NCBI RefSeq assembly: GCF_009914755.1
Contig: NC_060929.1
Source: the human T2T-CHM13v2.0 reference genome, Homo sapiens
Direction: 5' to 3' (one strand)
DNA length: 64,000 nt
The position numbers and the translations under genes were made by a program. How positions within the stretch are numbered: position 1 is the first letter of the stretch; each line of letters opens with the position of its first letter. Under the pieces are notes generated by a model. It was not told the origin of the DNA, searched no databases, and worked only from the letters and a program-made list of their open reading frames with translations. Shown here one piece after another: positions 30,079 through 42,676 of this stretch.

Positions 30079-31518
30079 TAATATGGTTTGGCACTGTGTC
30101 TGCCCCAAAATCTCATCTTGTAGCTCCCATAATTCCCATGTGTTGTGGAGGGACCTGGTGGGAGGTAATCAAATCATGGGATTGGTGTTTCCCATGCTGT
30201 TCTCATGATAGTGAATAGTTCTCATGATATCTGATGGTATTAAAAACAGGAGTGTCTCTGCTTTTCTTTTGCCTGCTACCATACACATAAGATGTGACTT
30301 GCTCCTTTTTGCCTTCCGCCATGATTGTGAGGCCTCCCAAGCCATGTGGAACTGTAAGTACAATAAACCTGCTTCTTTTGTAAGTTTCCCAGTCTCAGGT
30401 ATGTCTTTTATCATCAGCGTGAAAACAGAATAATTCAGTAAATTGGTAGAGTGTGGCATTTCTGAAAAGATACCCAAAAATCTAGAAGCAATTTTGGAAC
30501 TGGATAACAGACAAAGTTTGGAGCAATTTAGAGGGCTCAGAAGAAAACAGGAAAATGTGGGACAGTTTGAAACTTCCTAGAGACTTATTTAATGGCTTTG
30601 ACAAAAGTGCTGATAGTAATATAAACAATAAGGTCCAGGCTGAGGTGGTCTCAAATGCAGATGAGGAACTTGTTGGGAACTGGTGTAAAGGTGACTCTTG
30701 TTATGTTTTAGCAAATAGACTGGTAGAATTTTTCCCTTGCTCTAGAGATTTGTGGAACTTTGAACTTGAGAGAGATGATTTAGGGTACCTGGTGGAAAAA
30801 AAATTCTAAGCAGAAAAGCATTCAAGAGGTGACCTGGGTGCTGTTAAAAGCATTCTGTTTTGAAAGGGAAACAGCATAAAAGTCGAGAAAATTTGCAGCC
30901 TACCTATGCAGTGGACAAGAAAAACCCTTTTTATGAGGAAAAATTCAAGCTGGCTGCAGGAATTTGCATAAGTATCAAGGTGCCTAATGTTAATCCCCAA
31001 GATCATGGAGAAAATGTCTCCAGGCCATGTTAGAGACCTTCAGGGTAGCCCCTTCCATCACAGGCCTGGAGTCCCAGAAGGAAAAGTGGTTTTGTGGGCC
31101 AGGCCGAGGTCCCTGTGCTGTGTGCAGCCAAGAGACTTGGTGCCCTGCATTCCGGCTGCTCCAGTCGTGGCTGAAAGGGGCCAACATAAAGCTTAGGCTA
31201 TGGCTTTAATACAGAAGTTATTAAGAAATTATTTTCGGACAGCTAGAAAGGGTAAGAGTTCTCGGTGGAATTTTCCCCTAATAAAAAGCAGCCTCAAACC
31301 ATTACTTCTCTAACAGAAAGCAGCCGGAAGAGTAAGGCATAGAAATGCAAACTAGATGCTTATATATGTAAATGCTGGCAGCTGTACCTGTAAACCAGGT
31401 ATATTCAATATGGTAGTTCTTGCTCTCTTTACTTTGTCACCACGTGTACTGGTATCATGGCAGCCGCCAGGTAAAACCACGTGTGCAGGCATCATGGTGA
31501 CTGCCAGAAAGAGGCCAC

Positions 31519-31531
31519 ATTTGCATAATAA
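31519..31531 (+). promoter_or_regulatory. Octamer motif (OCT-SOX-like composite) in the ERV1 5' LTR; a second copy at 34643-34655
   Basis: ATTTGCATAATAA is identical in both LTRs; function not demonstrated. Confidence 0.45.
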
Positions 31532-31847
31532 AAGACCAAGATGGGAGGGCCAGTCATTTCATGGGCTATGTAAATGGCACACCTGGTCAAACCAACCCCT
31601 GGACCCTATGTAAATCATCCACCACCTCAAGCCTCTGTACAAAATTGATTGCCTCCCACTGCAAACTGGAAACCCTCTCGGGCAACCGGCTTTCTCAGCA
31701 TGAGGACGCATTTTCTCTCTCTCTTGTTCTTTGTCTATTAAACTTTCTGCTCTTAAACTCACTCTTTGTGTGTGTCCATGTCCTGGATTCTTTCTCAACC
31801 AAGACAAAGAACCAGAGTATATACCCCAGACAACAGAGCCATTTCAC

Positions 31848-31866
31848 TGGGGTGCTCATCTGAGAT
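31848..31866 (+). other. Primer-binding site, tRNA-Pro type (decayed)
   Basis: tggggtgctcatctgagat immediately after the LTR, versus canonical TGGGGGCTCGTCCGGGAT. Confidence 0.75.
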
Positions 31867-32986
31867 AGGAAACAGAAGAGAAGATAGAAACTTCAGAGTG
31901 GTACGTATGAAGCGAACCTCAAATCTGTCCTTTAATCTCAAGACCCTCTTCAAATCAGTTTTCCTTTCATGGAGTTCCTAGCCATCGTGCAAGGCTGGTA
32001 GAAGTCCTGGGACAACTGGAGACTTCTGGGCAGGGCTCACCCTGGCGTTATTCAAAGGCTTCTGGACTGAACCCAGCCTCTGACAGCCCATCTAGGGGTT
32101 GATAATTGGTCTCCAGCTATCCTGTTGCAAAATTTTTCTTTCTTTTGCATCTGCGGTTGTTGTGTCTCTGTGTGTACAATGTGCGGGAAATTTTACAGTT
32201 CAGGGAAACAGTTCTGTTAGGAAAGATCAGCAAATGTTCTAATTCAGTAAGCGTCGCTCTACCATGTCCCTGGTGAGCACATGGCATTTCTAACCCAACA
32301 GCACGACCTAGTGGAAAGAGAAATCCTCTTCATGTGGTGCATTGTGGGTCCTTTACCCTAACACTGCAGCTTCCCAATTCCCCTCTTTTTGCACTGCTAG
32401 AAAAGCCCCATCTATGAACATGAAAGCTCTGCCTTCAACAATTAGGAGTAAAATGTCCTCTGTAGCCAAATTTTAGTACCAATACTGTCCCAAAAGCAGG
32501 AAAAATCACCAATGGGTCCCTACGTTCATCTAAGGTACCTATTCTGTCTCCAATTAGGACAGTACTTAATTAGGAAGGAGGTTATAAGTTCAGAAGTTAA
32601 CCAGAACCATTTTTGTAAGGGTAAATGTTTTACCACAGGCCATAATAGCAGACGATCTAGCACATTGTCTCCATTAAAGAAAGCTTGCCTAAAGATGACA
32701 GTTTTTCTGGAGATCCATTTTTCAGGGAGCCAGGCAGATCACACAGGCAGATATGCTAAGGCTGAGTGGGTAAAACGTGGCTAATCCTATCACTTAGTTC
32801 AGCTGGCTCCATGGCTTAGAGGACCATGCCTACAACCATGGGCGGCACATTTAACATGGTGGCAGGACCCAGGAACCAAAGAGAAAGAGGGGACGCTCCC
32901 ACTCTCTTCCCCTCCACCCTGGGTCACAATGAAAGGAGAGACTGGGGAGACTAAAAGGATACTTTTATTCCTACTTCTTTTTCTAG

Positions 32987-33086
32987 ATGGGTAACAGACC
33001 GTTTTCAGCTTGTACCCCTCTGGAGTGCACTCTGAAACACTGGAACTTTTTTAACCTTAGGACTTTGAAGATAAAAGCAACCAAAT

Positions 33087-33117
<31 letters not shown>

Positions 33118-34170
33118 TTTTTTGCATAAGGGCATGGTATTTTTACTAAACCTTTACAGGAGTTGTAAAATCAACCCAGCTTTTTTAACAGGCATATCAG
33201 GCAAGGCTATAGAGAATGATTTCCCAGAATTAGAAAAGCAATTTCCAGGGGAAACATTTGAGAATTCCTCTTATTTGGGGCCACCTAAAGTTCCCTTCTC
33301 ATTACAGGACTTTAGGCAAATAAACGAAGATTGGCAACCCCAATAGGTATATAGAAGCTTTCCAGAATTTAACTCAGGTGTTTCACCTCACATGAAAGGA
33401 CGTTATGCTGCTGCTAAACCAAATCCCAACCGCATCTGAAAAGCAGGCAATTCTGCAGGCAGCAGATAATTTCAGAGATGAGCAATATCACCTATAATAC
33501 ATCAAAAGGGAATAAAGGAGAATAGCGAAAACACCATTCCCAATAGGAAGGGAAGTACTTCCTATTGACAAGCCTGATTGGGACCCCACTAGCTCTGCAG
33601 ATGAATGGAAAAGGAAGCACTTTATAATACACATTCTAGAGGATATATGAAGAACTAAGGCCAGACCTCTTAATGCCTCTAAACAGTCTATGATAGACAG
33701 AAAGCCAGATGAGAATCCTGCAGCCTTTAGGGAAAGACTGAGAGTGGCACTAATAGAGCACACCTCCTTATCCCGATAAGGGACAGCTCATTTTAAAGGA
33801 TAAGTTTATTACACAGGTAGCTCCTGATATTAGAAGGAAACTACAGAAGCAAGTTACAGGACCAGATAGTACCTTACAGAACCTCCTGTATGTGGACATT
33901 TTGGTCTTTTATAATAGGGACCAGGAGGAGGCCCAAAAGAAAGAGAGGAAGCTCAGGAGAAGGACAAAGGCTCTAGTAGCTGCTTTTCAGGCTTGCAAAG
34001 TCCAGGATCCCTGAAGTGTATCCACTAGTCACTATCAGTGTGCCAAGCCAGGGCATTTTAGAAAGTGTGACAAAACAGCAAGAAGAAGCCACTTTGACCC
34101 TGTCCAGCCTGTGGTGGAGACCACTGGAGATCACACTGCCCCCAGAGGTGGAGGTCACCAGGGTCAGAAC
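32987..34170 (+). pseudogene. gag: Gammaretrovirus-like gag relic (MA, CA, NC)
   Basis: MGNRPFSACTPLECTLKHW; RYIEAFQNLTQVF; MHR-like MIDRKPDENPAAFRERL (33690); DKFITQVAPDIRRKLQK (33799); Cys-His boxes YQCAKPGHFRKC and CPACGGDHWRSHC (34101). Confidence 0.9.
33085..33123 (+). repeat. (TTTA)n microsatellite inside gag
   Basis: Directly visible. Confidence 0.95.
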
Positions 34171-36141
34171 CTAAACTATATAAAGAAGGTTATAAAGAAA
34201 GAGATTTTATATAAGAAAGGATAAGAAAGGATCTTGTATGTTAAATTCTTGTCCTAAAAGGAAATGACTGGTTGTTTAAATGGAGAATGTTTAGGATAAT
34301 TCAGAAAGTTTGAGTATGTTGTAAGAGGGCTTAGGAAGTCATAAAAGAATTTAATAATTAAAGGAAAGAAATCCCCAAGATTAACACTAAAGTTATTTTA
34401 GCCACTCAATAGTATATTTTTCCCAATCATATCGCAAGTTATGAAAATGGCCTAAACCTAAGATTATTCCCTACTGGCAAATCAAAGTGGAAAAGAGTAT
34501 GCTACTTTTATATTAACAAGTCTGGTCATGTACAGCGACATCTAGTGGAGGCCAGCCAGTATTACAATCCATTGGTGTAACAGGTATCATGCAAGTAAAA
34601 CCACGTGTGTAATCACTATGGAAACCAACAGGTAGAGGCCACATTTGCATAATAAAAGACTAGGGTGGGAGGGCCAGTCTTTTTGTGGGCTACATAAATG
34701 GCACACCTGGTCAAACAAATCCTCTGGACCCTATGTATATCATAGGGTCTCCTCAAGCCTCTGTAAAAAATCAATGGCATGCCACCACAAACTAGAGACC
34801 CTCTCTTGAGCAACCCACTTTCTTAGCATGAGGAAGCTTTTTTTCTCTCTCTTCTTTGTCTATTAAACTTCTCACGCCTAAAAACACTCCTTGTGTGTGT
34901 CCATGTCCTGAATTCTTTCTCGACCAAGACAAAGAACCAGTTATATACCCCAGACAATGGAGCCATTTCAGCTTCAGAGGGTGGAAGCCTCAAGCCTTGG
35001 CAGCTTTCATGTGGCGTTGAGCTTGTGAGTCCACAGAAGTCAGGAATTGAGATTTAGAAACCTCTGCCTAGATTTCAGAAGATATGTGAAAATGCCTGGA
35101 TGTCCAGGCAAAAGTTTGCTGTAGGGGTGGGGTCCTCATGGAGAACCACTGCTAGGACAATGGAGAAGGGAAATGTGAGGTGGGTCCCTCACACAGAGTC
35201 CCTACTGGGGCACTGCCTAGTGGAGCTGGGAGAAGAGGGTCACTGTCCTACAGACCCCAGTATGGTATATCCACTGACAGCTTGCATCTTGCACCTGGAA
35301 AAGCTGCAGACACTCAATGCCGGCCCATGGAGGCAGCAGGGAGGGAGGGTGTACCCTGAAAAGTCACAGATGCAGAACTGTCCAAGACTATGGGAACCTA
35401 CCTTTTGCATCAGCATGATCTGGATGCGAACCATGAAGTCACAGGAGATCATTCTGGAGCTTTACAATTTGACTGCCCCACTGAATTTTGGACTTGGATG
35501 CAGTCTGTAGCCCCTTTGTTTTCTCCAATTTCTACCATTTGAAATGGCTGTATTTACCCAATGCCTGTACCCCCATTGTATCTAAGAAATAACTAACTTG
35601 CTCTTTATTTTACAGGCTCATAGGTGGAAGGGATTTGTCTTGAATGAGATTTTGGTCTTTGGACTTTTGAGTTAATGCTGAAGTAAGTTGAGATTTTGGG
35701 GGACTGTTGAGAAGGCATGCTTGGTTTTGAAATGTGAAGATACGAGATTTGGGAGGGGCCGTGGGTGGAATGATATGGTATGGTTCTGTGTCCTCAACCA
35801 AGTTTCATCTTGTAGCTCCCATAATTCCCACATATTGTGAGAAGGACCTGGTGGGAGACGACTAAATCATGGAGATGGATCTTTGCCATGATGTTCTCAT
35901 GATAGTGAATAGGTCTCACAAGATATGATGGTTTTAAAAACAGAGTTTTTCTGCACAAGCTCTTTTTTTTGCCTGCTGCCATCCATGTAAGATGTGACTT
36001 GCTCCTCCTTGCCTTCTGCCAAAATTGTGAGGCCTCCCCAGCCATGTGGAACTATAAGTCCAATAAACCTCTTTATTTTGTACATTTTCCAATCTCAGAT
36101 ATGTCTTTCTCAGCAGTGTGAAAATAAAATAATACAGATAC

Positions 36142-36530
36142 ATACCTTACATGTGGAATTGCTGAGTCACAGAGAGCAAGTATTTTCAATGTCATAAATA
36201 CAGCCAAACTATTTCCCCAAAATATATACAATAATATAAAATCCTGCTAGCAGGCTGAGGGTTATTAAAGGTTTCTGTTATTCTTCCTTCCTTCCAATAC
36301 TTTAATTTTCAATGATTTAATTTTAGACATTCTGTTGTTTATTGATTTCTCCTTGTAGCTTTAATTTGCATCTACTTAATAAATGAAATTAAACACCTTT
36401 TCATATGACCACTTGGCCATTAGGTAGTCTCTACTGTGACATGCCTATTCATTTATTTTGCCAATCTTATTACTTTTGTGTTAACTTTCTAATATTTATT
36501 AGTTACGTGGGTCACAAACATCTTCTTCCC
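36142..36530 (-). mobile_element. Old L1ME-like fragment, right part
   Basis: gtggaattgctgagtca, ttaatttgcat, aacaccttttcatatg, ttggccatt. Confidence 0.7.
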
Positions 36531-36754
36531 TCTGTAATTTCTCTATTTTGTCTCATAATTTAAATACATCTGCATAAGTACAATGTTGAGAAATATTGAT
36601 GTAAATAACAGAAAAGCCATGTTTGTTGAAAGTGATTTTTCACCGATTTACAGCTCACAGTGGTGAAGGAAAATAGGAGAGAAGGTTCAAGTGTCACCCC
36701 AATATTTAAAATTATTTAAAACACAAATATATCAAAATATCTCCTGAAGATAAC

Positions 36755-37052
36755 GAAAGGAGAAATAAAGAAATAAAGAGAAAGGGAGAGTGAGACAGAA
36801 AGAATAAAGAAAGAAAGAGAGAAAGAAAGAAGAAAGAAAGAAAGAAGAAAGAAAGAAAGAAAGAAGAAAGAAAGAGCAAGCAAGCAAGCAGCAGGGAGGA
36901 AGGAAGGAAAAAAGGAGAGAATGAGAGAAAAAAGGAGAGAGAGGAGGAAAGAAACAGAAAAATGCAAAAGAAGACAGAGGAAAATGGAAAGGGGAAAGAG
37001 GAAAAAGGGAAAGGAATGGAGAGGGGAGGAGAGAAAAGGAAAGGACAGGAAC
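36755..37052 (+). repeat. Polypurine low-complexity tract, (GAAA)n / (GGAA)n / (GCAA)n
   Basis: About 300 bp almost entirely A/G on the plus strand. Confidence 0.95.
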
Positions 37053-37084
37053 ATATTTCCTTCATAACTCAGTAAATGGTTCTA

Positions 37085-37655
37085 AAGTTATCCCAGTTAC
37101 TCAAGCCCAAATCCTAAGAGGTCAGCAGTGTTTCTTCTCTTTCCTTTATCTTTCACATGTAGGCATGTACAATTGTTCTCCTTTCATATGCAATCCACAA
37201 TATCTCTACTTTCAAAACATCAGAAAAAAAGGCCAGTGTGGCTGAGTATAGTAAGAACAAAACGGTATTATAAAGATTAACAGACATTGGTTTTGTCTGG
37301 TTTTATTGACTCTCATGTTTCATGGCACAAATTTAGAATGTATTCTAATAGAAAAAAATAAGTTGTTCTTATAGTCAGGAAACTTAGCTAAAATGTTACC
37401 TTCTTTGAATGGCTTCCTCAAAACTAAAATGCAACATACCCATCTCTCCAAATCAACCCAGCTGTCACTTTCTCTCATATCACTTTTTTTTTTGTCTGCA
37501 TGGCACTCATAACTACATGAGTAGTTTGACTCTGTATATTTTTGTTACCTATGAAACTCCATGAGAACAGAGATTTGTCTTTCTTTTACACCTGCATTTC
37601 TAATACAAAGAGAGTCACTGACATAAAGTAAGAACTCAACATATTTGTAGAATTT
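37085..37655 (+). mobile_element. L2 LINE 3' fragments
   Basis: cccagttactcaagcc, aaatgttaccttct, aactccatgagaacagagatttgtct, aactcaacatatttgtagaat. Confidence 0.7.
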
Positions 37656-38879
37656 GTATTTGTATAGTCTGATACAACTATATGTCTAGAATTTGGGAAA
37701 AAGAGGAAGTAGATTCATTATGGTAATTTATTTCTCTTAGTTTGCATCAATCACAAAAATTAAAAGTTGAGAATATTTTTTATTGTTTTTTATCTCCACC
37801 AAACTACACATGTGTTTTAAGACCATGACTAGCAGGAAGAGAGAGGAACACAGAATAATTTCTCATAATCCTAGCTATCATGAGATTAATGGAAACCATA
37901 TAGGGTAATATCCAAGGTTGAAAACATAAGGTGCAATCTTATTTAATGTAAAAATGTTTTAACAAAAACTTTTTGAGTGACTGATTGTGTAAGCTTTTTA
38001 ATCAAATAAAAACGGTCACATTACTAATGGCTGGACATAAAGCAGATGGTCATGTTCATAGCTATGACATTATCTCAGCAATCTGTAAACCACTGCTTTT
38101 ATGAGAGTGAACTATTACTTTAATTTTGGTCAACATCTGTGATTTTTGCATTAGAGAATAACCTGGCAATAAAAAGAACAATGGTGCATACCAGGGGTGC
38201 TGGATTGCTTTTTAAAAATTTTCTCACATGGCATATTTAAAATAAAGCAAGATGATTGCACTTTTATTAATGCCACAGACTGACAATGGGATGTTCATGG
38301 CTCTCATCTTTGGTTATGTTATTTCCAAGTACCCAATTATCTTTTACTGTATATGGAATTGAAAGGTACTACTTGTATTTAGAAGGAGGGAAATGAGACA
38401 CATTAACAGTGAATATAGGATTTGTTTTGTGAATGTGAATACTTTCTCTTCCTGTCTTCACATGTTTATAAAGTTATATGTTCCAAAAATAGGCATTCAA
38501 ACGTCAGAGTAATAAGGTTGCAATTTCATGGAGGAAGAGACAGATGCAACTCCCAGATAATTGGAATTGAGCTCACAAAGTTATCTAATAATTCATCACA
38601 ATTGTTTTTTCTCATTTCCTAGAATGGGCTAGAGCTGCTTATTAAATAATATCTCCCATACAGCTAGGTCACTGTTACTCTTCAGCTGTCTCTGCTAACA
38701 CTTGTTACCCATTTGTAAAGTTACTTCTTAATCTGAGTTTCTTTAAATTTCCATACAAACCTTTATTACAGAAGGTATATCAACTTATACCATAGTATTA
38801 AATATTTTAGCTGCTCATTTTTTCTGTTATACTATAAGGTCTTTGATGGTAGGAATTAAGTTTATTCATGTTTAAGAGG

Positions 38880-39090
38880 GTAGACGTTAGTCTATTATAA
38901 CAGGGATTTTGGAGCCAGATGGTCTCAGATGCCCTTGAGTTGAGCTTTCAAGATAGAAGCAATATGCCATTGAGCAAATTAACTATCTTCTTTCTTTCTC
39001 CATTTCTGATTTGTAAAAGGGAACAGTAAGGGACTGGAATTTTAGGGATGTGATTAGGGTTAAATTAGTTAATATTCTATCTCCTTAGTT
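38880..39090 (+). mobile_element. MIR SINE within an L2 3' fragment (~38800-39260)
   Basis: ttttggagccagat, ttgagcaaattaact, tttgtaaaaggg, gtgattagggttaaattagttaata. Confidence 0.65.
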
Positions 39091-39859
39091 GTATATCAAG
39101 TTTTCCCTACAGTGTCTGGTATTTAGTTAGAATTAATTGGCTATTTGTATCTTTATCACTGAAATCCCATGGGAAATTTCAACCTTATGAAATTCCACTG
39201 CTTGGCACAAATAGTGTGCCAGTAATTATTTGCTCATTTAATGAAGGCATCAACAAATGAATAGTAAAAAAAATAGTGTACCCTCTTTCTCAAGGAAAAT
39301 TAGATTAAGCAAAATTAATTCACAGTTTAATTTTCTAAATTAAGAAAGGGGCTAATATCCATAAATCTTCTACATGGTTCACAAAATTCTTCATGTAAGA
39401 TTTCATTTTGTCAGTAAAGGGACCGCTTAAGTAACTCAATTATATTTGGTGGGCAGCAGCCAAAATAATTTAAATTAAGGTTGTCTAAATGAAATCCATA
39501 ATGCACTTTATATTTCGTGGAGTGTTCATTACTTGAATCTTCATCTTATACTGTTGGAAAACATGACGCAGTAATGAAGAGTCACTTTAACTGGTTGAAG
39601 GAATCACACAGATGCTAGAAAAATCTAAAATTTTTATTCTAAGAAGCAGTAATTAATCCAAGATTATTTTCCTTCTTGGTACCTCCAATGCTCAGGTGCT
39701 CCTCTTGCAAAATTTAGGTCTCCACAGTACAGAAGATAAGTGAGGACCAGATAGGATAGAATTAGGGCCAAGTCAAAGTGAGACTGTCATAGCTGGAAAG
39801 AGCTAATAAGGATGAAGATAACCAAAGTATCTAAAAATCTTTGATTAACAGGCACAAAA

Positions 39860-40430
39860 TCATCTATTTATTTAGCAAATACTTATTGAGCTCCATTTAT
39901 GTAGTAGGCACTCTTTAAGATACTAATCTTAGCTGTGGGCAAATAGTACAATATACATATATATGAGAGGCCAAGTGCATGAATAAGAGATAGGAATTCC
40001 TAGGGATACGTCACAGAAAATCAACATTTAAACAGAGATATAAAGGAGATAAGATGCAGTGAGGGAAAAGGATAAAATCTGAATATTAGAATAAGTTATT
40101 TGGGGATTAGTTGAGAAAGTGCAAAAACCATTAAGTGGCAGGGTGCCAGGGTGAAGGATGAAGAGCAAGGAGTCTCTGTGATGGAGTGGGGAGAATGAAT
40201 GAAAAGCATTGGAAGATGAGACTAGAGAATGTAAGGCAAATCCTATAGGATTTTTTTTTCAAGATTCTGCTAAGATGCTTTTATTCTGAGTGAATTAATA
40301 ATATGTTAAACAGTTCTAAGCAGCAAAATAACTCACACTTTTTCATAATATTCTGACCTTCTCTGTTGAGAATAGACTGTAAGGAAGAGGGAGAGAGTGA
40401 CACCAGAGGCAATAATCAGTCTTAGAGAAT
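39860..40430 (-). mobile_element. L2 LINE 3' end
   Basis: tttatttagcaaatacttattgagctccatttatgtagtaggcact followed by a purine-rich L2 antisense body. Confidence 0.75.
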
Positions 40431-40739
40431 TAGTATGTGTATCAGAAAGACACCAAAGAGGATTGGGAGGAACTTGCCACACTGTAGAAGGCACCACTGG
40501 CACACTCATTGAGAAACTCCTTAGCAAATGCAAGAAGGGGCCCAGAAGACTCACCAGTATATTTATTTCTTTACTTACAAATAAGATAGGCATCAAGTTT
40601 TATTTTCCATTTATTATTTTTAGATTGATTACAAATATTAATATTTTACTATTGGATAAAAAAAATGAAGCTTTGTTCTTTCCATATTTTTTCTGTATGG
40701 CAATATAAGTTGTGCTAATAAACATGGATGCTGCTGAAA

Positions 40740-40910
40740 GACAGTCCTTGGCATTTACTGCACTGAGTCAGTATTGATCATTGGTTCAACCTCTCTATAT
40801 CCTTTTTTGTTAAATAGGAAATTATCTTAGTTTATGGGAGGTTGTGATGATTTGATGAGATAATATTTGGAAAATAGCAGGTATGTATTAACTACTCAAT
40901 AAATACAAAC
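40740..40910 (+). mobile_element. MIR fragment
   Basis: ttcaacctctct, ggttgtgatgatttgatgagataatat, actcaataaat. Confidence 0.55.
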
Positions 40911-41042
40911 TAGCACTGTTATTTAAAATATTCAATTATGTAGAAATTATGGAATTATTTCAAGTAATCTTGATGAGAGTTGATGGAGTATGGACCAAGT
41001 ATTAGCAATGGAAGAGAAAGTGGTAAAAATTTTGTATGTTTT

Positions 41043-41045
<3 letters not shown>

Positions 41046-41083
<38 letters not shown>
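41046..41083. repeat. (TA)n microsatellite
   Basis: Directly visible. Confidence 0.97.
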
Positions 41084-41085
<2 letters not shown>

Positions 41086-41881
41086 ATCATATGTATGAAT
41101 TCTTTGATTTTACTTTTGTTATTTATATTTGTTATTTTTATACCATATTTTTTCTTTATATTTGGTTACTATCGTTTTCTTTTTTTGTGGATTTTCTCTG
41201 TTGGTATTTGAATGATTTGTATGCAGTAATGAAACAGCATACATTAATTCTTTAATTTAGAGAATTGCTAATAATTATAACTTTCTAAATCTACTCCTCC
41301 CTCCGTGTTGTCTTGGTACATTCTGTGAACCAGGTCAATATGCTTTTTAAAAACTGTTTATAAGTCTGATAGTTTTTCTTTTCTTTCATAAAGGATTCTT
41401 GCCTTCTGTTTTATAACCTTATATTTCATGATTCACTAATACTTTGTTTTTTTTTTCCCAGTGTGTCATCAGCTTTATAGATCACACTTTATCTAGCTTT
41501 TGAGTTAGTATTTTGATTTAAGTCTCTGTTGCTTGAGGTTTTAAATTTTTTCTAAAGCCTATTACATAGATATTAATCGATCCTTGAATATATATGATTC
41601 TAGTACCTTTACAAGTGAACGTCTATTTGAGTAAGTATAGTATTCTTGAGTAAAACTACTTTACTTTTCTTATTTTTTCTTCTCTTTTTTTGCATTTCAT
41701 TCAGTCTCTAGTACATACAATTGGGTATTTCTTTTCATACCATTTTTCCCTTGAGTATCTCAATTGCTAAATAATAAATTATATTCTTTGTAGCTATCAC
41801 CTGTGTTATGTGAGAAAACAGATGGAGATATTTACTTTGAATTATAAACTGATTTATCTAAACAGTTTAAAATATACATGT

Positions 41882-42235
41882 GACTATAGTTTAAATGTGT
41901 CCCCTCCAAAATTCAAGCGTTGCCAGTGTGATAGTATTAAGAGGTGGGACATTTAAGAACTGATTATGCCATGAGGGTTTCTTGTTAATGAGACCAAAAG
42001 CTATATAAAAGATGCTGCATGCAGAGTTTGGCTAGCTTGCTCTTCAGCTCTTTTGTCTGTGGGGCCAGAGTGTTCTGCTCTTTCAAAGGATGCAACCTCA
42101 CTAGACAACTGAAACTTGTGGGGGTTTTAATCTTGGACTTCTCAGCCTTCAGAACTGTGAGAAATAAACATCTGTTCTTTATAAATTACCCAGTCTCAGA
42201 TATTTTGTTATAGCAGCACAAAATGGACTAAGATA
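41882..42235 (+). mobile_element. MSTC-like MaLR solo LTR
   Basis: gtgtcccctccaaaattca, gtgatagtattaagaggtggg, gcagcacaaaatggactaaga; flanked by CATGT on both sides. Confidence 0.88.
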
Positions 42236-42676
42236 CATGTAATCTCAAAGGAGAAATAAAGAAGAAAATATTTGAGCAGATTCTGTGGGGTCATATGTGT
42301 GTATATTTGAATCACTGGGAGAGCAAAGAAGTTTAATTAAGCCAAAGTTACTTCCAATTGCAGAGGAAAGTACACCAAATATTAGAAGGGCCACAAATTC
42401 CTACATATCCACCACGCAACATTTTACCAAAATAGGATGATAAGTTCATAGGATAGGCTGTTCCATGAAATACCTGTCAGGTTGCGTTTGTGAAAGCTGA
42501 AGTTTTTTAATGAATTTATTTGCATTTCTGAGTTTATTTTTCCTATATACATCTTGGTATGTAGTTTCTAGTAGAAGTGTGATGTCCTTTTGTGAGATTA
42601 TCATAATAATATCTGACTTCTCTTGAGTGAAGGCCTCAAAGTACATAATACAAATAAAAAAGGAAAGATATAAAGA

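Larger units (their letters stand above)
31207..34970 (+). mobile_element. Deleted ERV1 provirus, HUERS-P3 / LTR9 / MER61 group: 5' LTR 31207-31846, partial 3' LTR ~34583-34970
   Basis: Both LTRs end ataccccagacaa..gagccatttca; 4-bp TSD GCTT at 31203-06 and 34971-74; THE1 internal sequence is continuous across the site. Confidence 0.92.
30079..36136 (+). mobile_element. Full-length THE1A MaLR provirus: 5' LTR 30079-30437, internal 30438-31206 and 34975-35770, 3' LTR 35771-36136
   Basis: Two direct-repeat LTRs, internal start gtaaattggta, purine tract before 35771, perfect TSD GATAC at 30074-78 and 36137-41; the internal pieces sum to ~1.57 kb. Confidence 0.96.

Noticed and set aside
32987-33346. 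The 119-aa gag ORF as a domesticated gene
   Set aside because: It is interrupted by a (TTTA)n expansion, and the downstream capsid has stops and frameshifts
30169-36197. Dense cluster of short overlapping ORFs as a gene cluster
   Set aside because: All lie within THE1A or ERV1 sequence, where higher GC lowers stop-codon frequency
36712-37065. Two Phe/Leu/Ser-rich ORFs (117 and 112 aa) that look like membrane proteins
   Set aside because: They are translations of the antisense strand of the GA-rich tract
40980-41255. ORF with a YIYIYI repeat
   Set aside because: It is a translation of the (TA)n microsatellite
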